Notes under the pieces: generated by a model
Seen by the model: only the letters and a program-made list of their open reading frames with translations
Told to the model about the DNA's origin: nothing
Database searches by the model: none
In this document: positions 40,701-53,734 of the stretch, piece after piece
Layout of the letters: the number at the start of each line of letters is the position of its first letter
Position numbering within the stretch: position 1 is the stretch's first letter
Assembly (NCBI GenBank): GCA_964016885.1
Contig: OZ024742.1
Coordinates: 150,722,001 to 150,786,000, forward strand
DNA length: 64,000 nt
Reading direction: 5' to 3'
From: Eledone cirrhosa
Lineage: Eukaryota
Program-made: the position numbers and the translations under genes

Positions 40701-40959
40701 TACATGCCGCAAATCATGTTGCCCGATGCTCTACCGATACTGTCAATCCACCGCCCTTACATAATAATAATAATAATAATTGTTTCTACTTTGGCACAAG
40801 GCCAGCAATTATCCCAGTGCATTTCTTGTACTTTATTTTATCGACCCCGTAAAGATGAAAGGCAAAGTTAACCTCGGCGGGATTTGAGCTCAGACCGTAA
40901 AGGGTCATAACTCTATGCTGCAAAGCATGGCGTCCGACCTTCTACTGATACTGCCAAAT

Positions 40960-42930
40960 AATAAGAATAATTTATTTTATTAGTCACAAGACGTTTGCAT
41001 TTATAGAAGGGCGAATTACAATACAAAGTGAGGTTTACACAGTAAAAACAGTTCAAAATCAACAGAAACAATAATTGAACAGTAAAATTCTCGATAGTAC
41101 TATCTAGAGTAATTGGGAGCAAAAACTCCACACGAAGGACTCGGGTTACCCTGTATCATTATGACATTGAAAGTGACCTTGACCGGATACTTTTCCTCCT
41201 ATCTTTAAAAAGCATAGTCAAAGTAGACACATTCAGCCTCACCAATTTCACTGCTCTCATCCACCTTTCGTAAAGCACTATAAAAGGCAGAACCTCCCTC
41301 TCCACCCTCACTTTTCTCTTCAAGTGGTACTTGAAGGAGTTAATAAGGGCGTGTACGGAAAGAAAAGTTCCTGTCTTCAAACCTTTCTCTCCTGTTCACC
41401 ACACAACGTATTTTACCATAGCCATTTTACAGAGACAACCCTGCTGCCCTTTCAGGCCAAAGGAAGGAAGTGGTTCAGTTTTTATTATAAATTCGGATCA
41501 CATCTGGATGCGCCCTACATGGGAAAACTGCTGGACGACATGGACTTGCCTTTCCAAAAGCCATGTTGCAGGCCCATTGACATGTCCCGAATTATGCGTG
41601 CACATGTCACCAGTTGGTATTCCTTCAGTATGGTGACTACCATCTTCACATCCGACGTATCTAACACAATGACGGGGACGTCATCGGCATAGGTACTCAC
41701 GGTTCTCCTGTGGAGTGGAATGACTTTTTAGGTTTCCATCTTCCTCTGTAATGGCTCTAGGACCAACACATAGAGGAGATGAAAAAAAGGACAACTCTTA
41801 TGGACCGAGCATGTGATGTTGAAATGTTCCAAGAGGTAGCCGTTTAGTTTTACCACCGAACAGATGTCGCTGAATATTGTGGTGATACAGCCATGGAAAA
41901 CGGGGCCGAGACGAGCAGCTTTTAAGACAGCCTCCAGATAGTGATGATACATCCTGCTAAATGCTTTTGACTGGTCTAAATTTACCAGTGCTCCACCGAA
42001 GCAAGGTTTACCCCAACCCGTTCCACAATGTATCGCATGAGGTGGATGTTGTTGCGAATGGATCTGCCAAGGATTACACAGGTATACGCGTTCTTGACTA
42101 TGCTACCAACAATAAGTGCCAACCTCTTGGCGGGGTACTTTTGCCAAAATCTTTAACTGTGTTTAGTAGAATTATGGGCCTGAAATGTTCTATTGTGCCG
42201 CCCTTGTTCGGTTCCTTTCTCAGCAAGATGACCACTCCCCGACTCACACGTCTGAGAATGCTCCCAGTCGGTTGCCAGCTGCTAAGACAGTGGTGAACAA
42301 TCCTAGTATTTGAAGATGTTTGTATGTATGCATCAAAACCCATTGTCTCCAGTTCGTCAATACTCGCGAAAAGTTGGGCTAAGTGCTGTTGGAAAACAGC
42401 ACACATTTGTCCAGGGTCAAATAGCACTCGCCCGCTGCGATCAGTCAGAGATAGAATTGTGGCCTTGTTACAACGTTGCACCTTCGCTACACAGGCCCAT
42501 CGGAAGGCTTTCGAAACTCCATGTTTAAGTGTACGTCGTTTGCGATGCCTCTTCTGTTTACTTCTCTTGGTGATTCACTAACTACACTCTACCGTTTTCT
42601 CTGGCTATTTCTTTGCTCAAGTTAACTTACATGAATTTTATTTTTCTCTTTAGTGAGAGCCACCACCTATTGTTGGTCAAATCCCGATTAATTAGTTGAC
42701 TAATCCGGTCTCTAAAATCTTTCCGCGCCGGGGAATACGCATTTAGCTTCCAATAACCATGTCCATGTCTATTGGTTTCTCCTAAGGTGACTTTACAGGT
42801 AACGGGTTTGTCATCTATACAGCCAACTATCAAATGTGGGCAAATTATACTATTTCTATCCGCTAATCTAATGAAAATTCTAAGTACTACCTGGACGAAC
42901 CACTGCGATACACATTCTAACAATGTCACT
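40960..42930 (-). mobile_element. Tx1/L1-clade LINE, decayed ORF2
   Basis: GHGYWKLN, GVVILLRK..FRPIILLN, LDQSKAF, CPFFHLLYVLVLEPL and YADDV appear in order on the - strand, with many frameshifts. Confidence 0.9.
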
Positions 42931-45081
42931 GACGGAAATCGTAAATATAATTAAAAGTAGGAAATCAACATGATTGTCAAATATTCCACCAGTGAGTGCT
43001 AACAAGGAGTTGATAATAGCTTCTATAAAAGTTTCTTGTCATTGTCTTTTCTTTTGTTAGTAGTATGAGTTGGATAAAAGAAGTAAGCTCTCGGTACACA
43101 ACCTGGTTTAGATTCTTATTGGAACCCTATTATTTCACTAGGCAGAGTCGTTGGAACGTTGTGTAGAATGTTTTGCGGTATTCGTTCCGGTTTTCTGCGC
43201 ACTGAGTTCAAATCAATTTATCTTTAATCCTTTCGAGGTCAATAAATAGAGTACCAATCCAGTACTGGAGTCGATCCTACCCCTTAATCTCTTTTTCATT
43301 TTCTATCACTTTTTCGTTTCTTCTAAAGAAATTGTTGTCCAATCATGGAGAGGTGATGGGCGCGACCAGGATTTAAATTACCAAGGCACGCAGTAAGGAC
43401 ACAACGATGCCTCTTGGACTCCACCAGGAGTTACGGGTTCATACATATTGCAAGGCGGAGGCCGTCGGGAACGAACCTGGGCGTCCTGGTGGCGCCAGAG
43501 TGCTTCTTATAAGTCTTGTCTTCTGGCCTGAAATTTTCCTCGTCATCTGAGGCCCCATATACCTTTGCAAAGTCGTAGGCCATACGATAGTATTCTGAAG
43601 ACATGTCGACTAGTAAGCAGCCCGTGCCAGACGGCTACTGAGATGTAGTACTTTCTAATGGCGCTCTCGAAACCTCACTACACTGTGACGTCAGGCTGCT
43701 GTTGCCACGTAAAATTCCGGATTTATCTGCGCCAGACTGTATATATTAAAAAATTGTTTTTCTCCAGTAAATATGCATTGCTTTTATTTCTCTAATAAGC
43801 AACACATCTCTTCTATTTAGTTTATATTAGACATTCGAGTCCCATAACATTAACATTTAACTAAATCCTCTTAATGCATTTTAAATCATATAGATCTGTA
43901 TAGGCTTAGTAACTTGTACATAAAATAATATGATTTTATAACGTAATTCACTATCAATTATATATTCGTTGCTAAATGTATAACCGAATAAGGTGATATC
44001 GTTTCGGATATGTTTTCATAATCAACGTACTATAGTTTGACACGTCATCGAAAGCAGCGAAATCAACATCGACTTCTACAACAAAGCGACCAGCTGGGAT
44101 CTTTTCGTCCACTAGAAATCTGCCCTCTCCAACAGCTTTAAAAGAGGGTACATTTCTAATGGCCAGCCATCGAGAAAGTGTTGTATTTGTGTATCCGATG
44201 TAAGAGTTTGTGTCATAAAGTTTACAACTTTCATGTTTAGATTCAAAATTTAAAATTAAATTCGTTTTCCGAAATATGTTGTGTAGTTTGCGAGATCATG
44301 ATTGCCTGGTGTATCAAAATATATTGCACAAACACCAGAATGAAAACCTCCTTCTCAATATGAAGCACATTCTCATTAAGACCACTACCAGATGCAAACA
44401 CAATGAGCCCGACATAATTATCTGGAACAGGTGACAAATATCATGTGTTATTGTGGAGATCCGCTGCCCTTCTGATGTAAACCGTTCCTTTAATTAAATT
44501 CGTTTAAAAAAAAACCAACATTTTAATTTCAGCTATCAGTTTGGAAACATAGAACTTAGGTACCCTGATTGTAGATTCACATTTGCATCTGAAATTACTG
44601 ATACACTTAGTTATGCTATACAATGTCTAAGTAGTAATCTTTAAAGAAAAATTGAACCTTCAGACAATTAAAAAAAGATATCTGATGCGCATTATGTAAA
44701 TTTGATGTGTAAGTGGAATTCTGAAAGATACTTAAAACTTCTATAATGTTTACTGTTGTAAATGTGTAAAATCCAGTGGTGGATATTTCAATATAACATG
44801 AAAGCAGACCCATTTTATAGGATTAATTCAAAGACTTGAAAGAAAAAACGACATGCGTGTGTATGTATATGTGCGAGTGTATATGTTTGAATGTATATGA
44901 GGGAAAATGTTAATTTATACATTTGAAAGAATAACTTAATGCAAGTAAACGAAGTATTAATGAAATTATTTTTCTTAATTGGTATTTAAAAATTCAACCA
45001 GGCGATTTTCTAACTCTACATCTTTTTCTTTTTCTTTTTACAATCTCCATTTATTCACACACACAAATGTTCACAATGAAG

Positions 45082-45448
45082 ATGCAGGACCATATCAAGA
45101 TTGAAATTACTGATGCTACAGAAATGGTACCAATGAGTAACACCGACGGTGTGACCAATAAAAGCAATGTTGAGGCAAATGGACATTGCCCAGAAAATGG
45201 TGGCCCTTCACCTTTGCTTAATAATGAAATGACCTGTGCTGTTAATGACAACTACAGACCAGTCAGTCCAACCGACATGGAACCAACGAATGGACCCATC
45301 GTGGAAGATGTCTATGACATTCCGGAAAATCTTCGGAGAAAAACACAACAACAACAACAACGATGGCAAGAACAACAAAAACAACAACAGCCGAATTTAA
45401 ACGAAAATCTTGATGACGGCGAGAAAAAGAAATTGGTTCCTCCACCTG
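45082..45448 (+). CDS. TNFR-superfamily protein, exon D (cytoplasmic, with polyQ)
   Basis: Polypyrimidine tract at 45021-45060, in-frame acceptors aag| (45081) and cag| (45087), both phase 0. Reads DHIKIEITDATEMVP..EDVYDIPENL..QQQQQ..KKLVPPP. Donor CTG|gtacgt in phase 1. Confidence 0.85.
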
Positions 45449-46349
45449 GTACGTAATTTGACTTATGAGGAAAATGAAGCTGGAGCTGGTGGTGGTGGTG
45501 GTGGTGGTGGTGATGGTGATGGTGGTGGTGGTGATTGGTGGTGGTGGTGCTGGTGGTGGTGCTAATGGTGGCGGTGTTGTTGGTATTAGTGTTTATATAA
45601 TGGTTGGTAGAATTGGTGGTGGTGATAACTGGTGACTGTTTTATTATATTTTTTGTTGGTGATAATAATGTTAGTGATGGTAACGATGAAAATTGAGAAA
45701 AAAAAAATTTAAATGACAATAAAATTGCAAAAAGACAACAAAAAAATAACGCTGTATTAGAAATATTAACATTTCAAGATTGATCAGTGACCCTGACAAT
45801 GAACTGAAGCTTTTCAGATATATATTCTTACTTCCTGTTTGATGTTTATGGAAGTATTAATAGTGCTAGCTTTTTGGCTATTAAGACTACGTATACGCAC
45901 AAAAAATATAAAGGAATGTTATTTCTTAGAAATCTATGAATATAGCTTTCTAAACCATCCATAACCTTTAAAAGCTGGGATTTCAGCTGGAATTTAGCGT
46001 TCGGGAAGTTAATATGCCATTTAGTTGCTAATCAATCAGTATATTAATTACTTTGCTTTCAATATAGTCAAATGATTGGTCGGGATGATGGACTAGTGAA
46101 TTAAAGCGTTGTACTCTTACAGAAGCTTCCAGATTCAATTCATGGCTGAAGGATAGATTTCACATGATGTACTGACGAACGCCACCTCGATTTACCTCAT
46201 ACCTTTGAAAGTCTAGTCATTTGTCATTTTAGGTGTATGTGATGAGACTGCTCGTTGTCATTCCCATACCAAGAAATTCAAATTTATAATTACATTTAGT
46301 TACTCACTTCTATATCGATATATTAATGATTTATGGTGGTGGTGATTGT

Positions 46350-46505
46350 GTTGAACTAGAGGTAAGCTCAAGGGGAGTACCGTAGAACTAGAGGTAAGCT
46401 TTTCGTGAATTGCTGTAGAGATAGTGATAAATCTCCTGGGGATTACTGTAGAACTAGGCGTAAACTCCAGGTGAGTGCTGTAGAATTAGAGCTAAGCTCT
46501 TGATG
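46350..46505. repeat. Minisatellite, about 5 copies of about 31 bp (gtagaactagaggtaagctc..)
   Basis: Recurrent GAACTAGAGGTAAGCT core. Confidence 0.75.
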
Positions 46506-49500
46506 AGTCCAGTTCATGACCTGGTTTCTTTCTCATTGATACAAGTTTAATTTATTTACGCTGCTAGTTAACCCACGGTGAAGACAAGTATGTTACAACA
46601 TTCCATTTGCCTCTTTCCCTCAAATGTAGGACATTTGTGCCTAGTCAAAACGAAATCCTCATGTTAATTATTTTACTTCGGTTATGGTTACTCGCAAAAA
46701 GGGAGTGGATTAGCAGAGCCGTGAGAGCATCGGACAAATACTTCACAGTATTTATTCCGTTACTTTACGATCTTAGTTCAAATCCCGCCCCACTGACGTC
46801 AACTTTGCTTTCATCCTTCAGTGGTCGATGAAATAATGTACCAGTAAATTACTGACGTCGATATAATCCTCCCACCCCAATAAAATGCTGGCCTTGTGTC
46901 TAAATTAGAAACCATTATGGTAGTCTGCAATAGAATATATTGTTGCATTTTGTGTCTACAAACAGAAGGAGAGAGATGGCTAAAATTAAGTCTTAGCATT
47001 ACGCCAATCATTGTTTTTCTATAAATAGTTTGGGTTTTATTTTTTTGGTTTTTGTTTATGAAAACAAAATCTTAGCAGTTCCTCAAAATAAGTTTAATAT
47101 AGAAGTTTTGGCGAAATATTTTGACAAATATAATAAAATAATTTTTCAGGAGAAGTTATTTACAAATATATAGATCAATTTTCCCAATTTCCAACGGGCA
47201 TGGTTATATTTAGCAATGAATATAGTTTTGTTTATACATAAAATATTAATCGACATGAATGCATTTTAATTTCAATTTAAATAAGGTTAAACATAATATC
47301 TTATAACTGACTAAGATGTTTGAACGCCTCATCATGTTGTGATTGAAAGGAAGATACACACCAGTGGTTTTCCATTGCCTTAAGTTTTGTTATTTCGAAA
47401 TCAACATATTTATCGATATATTGCAGCACTATAATCAAACAAAACATTCATTGTTATTGGTATTGTTGTTATGTAGGTCAGGTCAGTCCTGATTAAGCAC
47501 GTAGGTAGTCTGCCGTAAGTCTAGATGCAATCCACAGATCCATATTTATGGATATACAATATCATACTGTTAAAGGCCATATTGCATTGCATGACATGTT
47601 GTGATTGATTGTATGTGATGCAGTATTATAATCTTGATATGGGCGTTCTATAGAATATTCAATAACTAAACACCCTTCTACTATAACGACATAGCGTGCC
47701 CTCACATAGTATTCATACATCGTAAGAAATAGTGTGCTAGAGAGTTTAAATATCTTTTTCAAGAAGAGTAGGGCGTGCATTGACGGAACAAGAAACGCCG
47801 TCCATTTGGTCACTAGACCGCTAACCTATCGACTCGACTATTTGCAACATTTTACTACAAAAAAATATAGTTTATTTTTGGAAAACGAATACGATTTCAT
47901 TAATTTCCAGAGATAGGCTTTAATTAATTTCAGCACCAAAATCTTATTCCCAAATCGGTGAATCTTTTTTCCAAAGATCAATTCTTGTTTTTAAACGATT
48001 TCTTGCCTCTTTGCCTTATGCGTTTTATTTTTCTAACATTTGCTTCATTTCCGACTAAAAACGCATTTCGCAGAAGTGTTTTTTCCGCTTGAATCTCCAT
48101 TTCTCTCATCTTCCAGCTTTCTCATTTATCCTTCCCCCCACATTAACCTTGCTTCCAGCGGGCTTTATTTAGCTTTTTTTCAATGATTGCTGACAAAACA
48201 GCTGAGTCAATCGACATTGCCAGGTTTGTATTGTATAATGTTCACCCATATATCGGCTTCGAAAATATAAGGCGAAAGAAAGTGTTACATACATGTGTAA
48301 TAATTTTTTCTTGATTTCATTTCAAGCTAAAGAATATATATATATTAAATAAATATATCAAATAAATGTGTAATTATAACTCCTGATATTTCTATATTTC
48401 GAATAATCTTGTTGATAACGAATCATTTTTTTACAGTCTACATTTGCTTTGAAAGTGATTAAATCAAAACAATTTACAAACCCACTCCGTTAATTCCTGG
48501 AAGAAAAATCACAAGAAAATCGTGTGTATGCGTGTGTGTGAGTATGCGTGTGTATCCCAGCACTTCGCCGGAATAGTATAACATACTAACATAGACGGGA
48601 GGAAATGTCAGTCGCCTCATTAGCATAAAGGTAACGCACTCACACGGATCGATTCTCCATAGGTGCCTCTGGTCACTTTTTCTGTTTCTAGGGGTATTCT
48701 ACCCGATTCTCTCAACTACTACTTATAGCAATCGACTATTATTACAGTTATAAAACTGTTTGAGACTCTCACGTATGTGTGTGTCGCAGGAAATGACAAC
48801 ACCTACTTTACGCTTATGGTCGATTTAATATGCCTATAAAACAAGATATGAGTGGTATAGCGCTAAACAGAAAACGTCCTGAGCCCAAATCCCGAAAGTA
48901 TTGTTAAAGTAGCAATGAAGTAACCAGGAAGATTTGTATGTATGTATGGACCCGCAACTTCTATGGAGTTGTAGGCGCGTCTTGGACAATTTAAACCTGG
49001 CGGAACCCATCCCTCTGCAGGTCTGAACATAGTCGACTTTTTCCAGAAAAGAAGAGAGAGGGGGAGGAGTCAAAAAGGGATATAGAGGAAATATCAACCC
49101 CAGTACTGAATTGGTACTTTTTTTTATCGAACTCGAAAGGACGAAAAGCAAAGTTGACCTCAGCAGGTTTTGAACTCAGAGTACAGAGAGCCGAAAACAA
49201 TGCCGCAAAACATTCTATCCTATATTCTAACAACTCTGCTAATTCGCCGCCTATGAGGTAGATTTAATATTATTTAAAGTCAGGGCGTTGTATTGGCAGC
49301 TTTGGTAGAATGTCGGATAAAATTCCTCTGATATGTTTGATCTGACTCTTTACATTCTGAATTCAAATTCCGCCGAAGTCAGCTTTGCTGTTCATCTTGC
49401 TGGGGTCATCAGTACCAGTCAAGTACTGATGTTGATTTAAACCCCAACATTTTCTGGCCTTGTGCCTAAATTAGAAATCAATATTCCTATAAAACACCTT

Positions 49501-50715
49501 ATATATGAATGGATTTATAATTATAACAGAAAACTGAAGACGTTCTAAGTTCAAACAACGCCAAAGCAGGCTTTACCTTTCATTTTTCCTGGAATCGATA
49601 AAATATCGTATCAGAGAGGTATTATGGTAAATGTAATATTCCTGTGAACTCTCCTAGATGAGAATGAAATTATAACTGAAGACAAAAGATGTTATGAATT
49701 TAAATATCGCTAGAATTGACTTAGTTTTTCATCCATTCGGGGTCGATAAATTAAAGTACTAATCAATTACTGCCGATCGACATAATCGATTATACCCTTC
49801 CATAAAAATGTCTGATTTGTACCTTTGTGAGAAATCAATATCATGCCAAGGTTGATTCATTCGATTTCCACACCTCAAAAAGTTGTTCTTATTTATTTCA
49901 GTTATCTTTTATGTATATTTTATAGTTTCATTGTTACAATTGATGTTGCTGTTTATGATGATAATGTTGTTGTTGTTGTTGTTGTTGTTTAGCTCTAATC
50001 GAGCAAGGCATGTGATCAAAGGCCTTTCAATCATGACCATCCTATATTTTATGAGTATCTCTGGGACTGATAACTTTGCATGCTTCCGTCTATAAAAAGT
50101 TAAGATATGATCCAAGATAGATTTGGCTGCTATTTTTAGCACTTAAACCCATCGATCAACCCAGTCTTGGAGAGAATGCAAAGATCAAGAGCTCAGCCAC
50201 CCCCTCCCTCTATTTGACTAACGGTTAAGAGATTGTTTAGGAGGTTCCATGTTGCTCTCTCATATATTCCCATTTTTTCGTCTTATGATATGTCTCGTTC
50301 TTGAAGATATAAATTACAAAATGATTGTTAGTTTTGTTGATACCAATGGCCATTTTCGTTGGTTAGAGGTAAGTTACCAAGCGGCCAAACCTGTAAACCG
50401 GATTCAATTCCCCATCAGATTAACAGCTTAACTGCAGGAGAAAAAAAACGATACACTACTTGCTATTTATTTGGCAGTATCGGTAGAGGGTCGGACACCC
50501 TGCTTTGCAGCATAGAGTTACAGGCCTTTACGGTTTGAGTTCAAATCCAACCGAGGTTAACTCTGCCTTTCATCCTTACGGGGTCGATAAAATAAAGTCC
50601 CAGTAACGCACTGGGATAATTGCTGGCCTTGTGCCAAAAGTAAAAAAATTATTAATATGTAAATTAATAGGTCGATATCAAGATAGTGATTGAGTATATA
50701 AGCCCCTTAGTAAAG

Positions 50716-51306
50716 TATTTCCTTTATTTTTTTTATATGTTTTGTTGATGTTGTGGTTTAAATATTTGTTTATTGCATGCTGTCTTCTTATTTTGGCTGT
50801 CTATAACAATATCTTTTTTCTCTTTTTTTTCTCCTTTTATTCATCATTCCCCCATTCCTTTTGCACACTCCCTTTTAATTCTGCTCACCTGCCTGCACCC
50901 TTTTTCTTTCCCATCAAATTCTAAATCTCTCCCGTTCACTCCATTTCGATTCACTCTCTCTCCATTTTTTCCATTCTTTCATTTTCTCTTCGTTCTTCTT
51001 CCTCCTGGTCTTTTTCAATATTTCCCGCTCTCTCACTTTCTTTATTCCCCACCCTCGCTTTATTAACATATATTCTCTCTTCAATTCCCATTTATCATTG
51101 ACTCCTTCACACTACTGTCTTCTCTAACCTATCGTTCTCCTTGTCCCTTCTATATCTCTTCGTTCTCCTTTGTTCTTTCGTCTTTACACTGTCCCGCACG
51201 GATTGCCCTATTCCTTTAATTTCCTCGCATTTTCATTCCCGGTCACCACCCTTGTTTTTATATTTCATCTCTTCCCCTATATGTGATTCCTTCTCATATC
51301 CTATAA
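50716..51306 (+). promoter_or_regulatory. 591-nt AG-exclusion zone and extended polypyrimidine tract before the last TNFR exon
   Basis: No AG dinucleotide between 50715 and the acceptor AG at 51307-51308. Non-repetitive and C/T-rich. Confidence 0.75.
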
Positions 51307-51308
51307 AG

Positions 51309-51484
51309 TGTTCCGACTGGATCAGCTAGAAGACTTAAAATATATCGACGACAATGAAGATGACATGCTGTTACCGAATCAGAGCGATGAAGAAGCTGAT
51401 GAAAGCGAGGGCTCAGAAGATAATTTCAACAACAGGAACAAATTATCAAGAACAGACAGCGACATGTTCTTTCTTTTGGATTAA
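51309..51484 (+). CDS. TNFR-superfamily protein, exon E (acidic C-terminus and stop)
   Basis: Acceptor ctataaag| in phase 1 matches exon D. Reads VFRLDQLEDLKYIDDNEDDMLLPNQSDEEADESEGSEDNFNNRNKLSRTDSDMFFLLD*. Candidate AATAAA at 52089. Confidence 0.85.
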
Positions 51485-52807
51485 ACAAAATAAGACTTTT
51501 ACATTAATATTAATATAATATAGTATGGTTATATTAATATTAGTAAGAACATAAAAAAAACTGCCCAAGTTAACTAGACAAGAAAGTGACCTTAAACAAA
51601 TGGGATTCATTTTTTAAACAATGTACACGTGGAAGATTTTATCAATTATTCATTCATAGATTATTTTGTATGATGTCCTTACAACTAAACTTATAAGTAA
51701 ATTTTTTATGATATATATTTAACTAAATACAATGAAACTTATATTCTCGCAAAGCTCTCTAGTGATATGTAAATATTATATGTATTATAATCACGAATTA
51801 TTACATGAGCACAATGTCACATATTTGGGGAAGGCGTATAGGATCGTAACTAAATAATCACAATGCATTTTGTTCCACGCTCTAAGGATTCTGCCCAACT
51901 CACGCTGGGCCTGTACTCTTCCTCTCTCAATTCAGCCATTATATCAGTTATCATTCATACTCTTGGAGGATAATGCATGTCAAAAACTACAAATCAAAGT
52001 TTTGATATATGTTACTATGTTATACTGTCGTAGAATAGTTAAGTTGTTTATAACATACTCAATATTGTGAGCAAAGTAAATCTTATCTAATAAAAAGTAC
52101 ACCCGTAACGAGGAGGAAAAACCCCATTTGATTAAAGATTAATTGTTATATATAATGGTCATGGAAGTGGGGTGAACTACAAATTAATTGTAAGCTAAAT
52201 TCCGTATTTGGTGAGGGAGAAGTATGAGTACTACACCATGTGGTCTCAGCAATGACATGGTCTGTATACTTTATATTTAATATCACCTTTTATTCCAAAG
52301 AATTCTCCCCTGAAGATGGAATCGAATTCTTCTAATATTGGTTGTTCCGATGTTTTGAAATAATTAATATTGTTTCTCGATTACAGAAATCATGGTTGGA
52401 AACATATAGGAGTCAAACTGACTTAATTTAGTAAGTCTTGCTTATGTCCCCACCTACCGTCCCACCCTCACCCGCACACAAACATACGCAAATTGAGATT
52501 TTGGTTTATGTTAAATTACTTCTCTGAGTTTCATAATTATCTGTATATTTTATCCATTCATTGAGATGTCTAAGTATTAGACACAAATACTTTTTTAATT
52601 GATATGTGTGTGTATTAGTAATACGATACTGCCTGTTTCATAGATATTGTTAGCGAAAATAGTAATATTTGTGAAACTGGCAGTTTTTGAGTTTTAGTGT
52701 ATTACTAATACTATGCCTTGAAATATATATAAATTACCTCTATGTTTACATAGAGGTAATTTCTTTCGTAATACAAAATCACATATAAGTAATTATATAC
52801 ACACATT

Positions 52808-52985
<178 letters not shown>

Positions 52986-52997
52986 TAGATAGATAGA

Positions 52998-53660
52998 TGG
53001 AAAAAAGGAAACGAAATTTCATTTCTCACTCTTAGTACGGCTGTTACTTAAATATAAGTATGTATACGTACATACATATATGTATACAGACGTACAGTAG
53101 TATGTATATATATACACACATGCACACATATATATATATGTACGTATGGATTTACCGAACATTTATTATAATGCTCGGTTTGTTTGTAAACAAACATCTA
53201 GGATTAAGCCGTACAGTGTTTAGCAACCATCGTTGCCCTTTTGTTCAACACTGACAAAGGAACGATGTACTAGTTTCAAGCTTATTAGCTATCGTCAGCA
53301 ACGTATACCTTCCTGCCAGATGATTGAACGTCTGAAAGTATATACTTTCCTTATGCATATTAACGGCTGAACAGCCTAATTTGCATATCGAGTCAGTTAA
53401 TCGGCCGGGCGCACCGAAAACGATAAATGGAAAAAATGAAACGAAATTCATTTCTCACTCTTAGTACGGCTGTTACTTAAATATAAGTATGTACACGTAC
53501 ATACATATATGTATACAGACGTACAGTAGTAAAACCGAGCATTATAATAAATGTTCGGTAAATCCATACGTACATATATATATATGTGCATGTATGTATA
53601 TGTATATATATATACATACTACTGTACGTCTGTATACATATATGTATGTACGTATACATA

Positions 53661-53665
<5 letters not shown>
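52998..53665 (-). mobile_element. PLE-type non-coding element with partial tandem and inverted pLTR, hammerhead at 53262-53304
   Basis: Direct repeat 52998-53100 / 53428-53530, and inverted repeat 53057-53180 / 53533-53663. - strand ACGTTG-CTGACGA-TAGCT(aata)AGCTT-GAAAC-TA-GTA-CATCGT. (TA)n on both sides. Confidence 0.8.

Positions 53666-53734
<69 letters not shown>

Noticed and set aside
44050-44200. Possible PLE RT fragment (DFYNKATSWDLFVH*KSAL)
   Set aside because: Too short and decayed to call with confidence.
45486-45630. Poly-His/Thr ORF on the - strand (45312-45719)
   Set aside because: Intronic (GGT)n repeat directly after the exon D donor.
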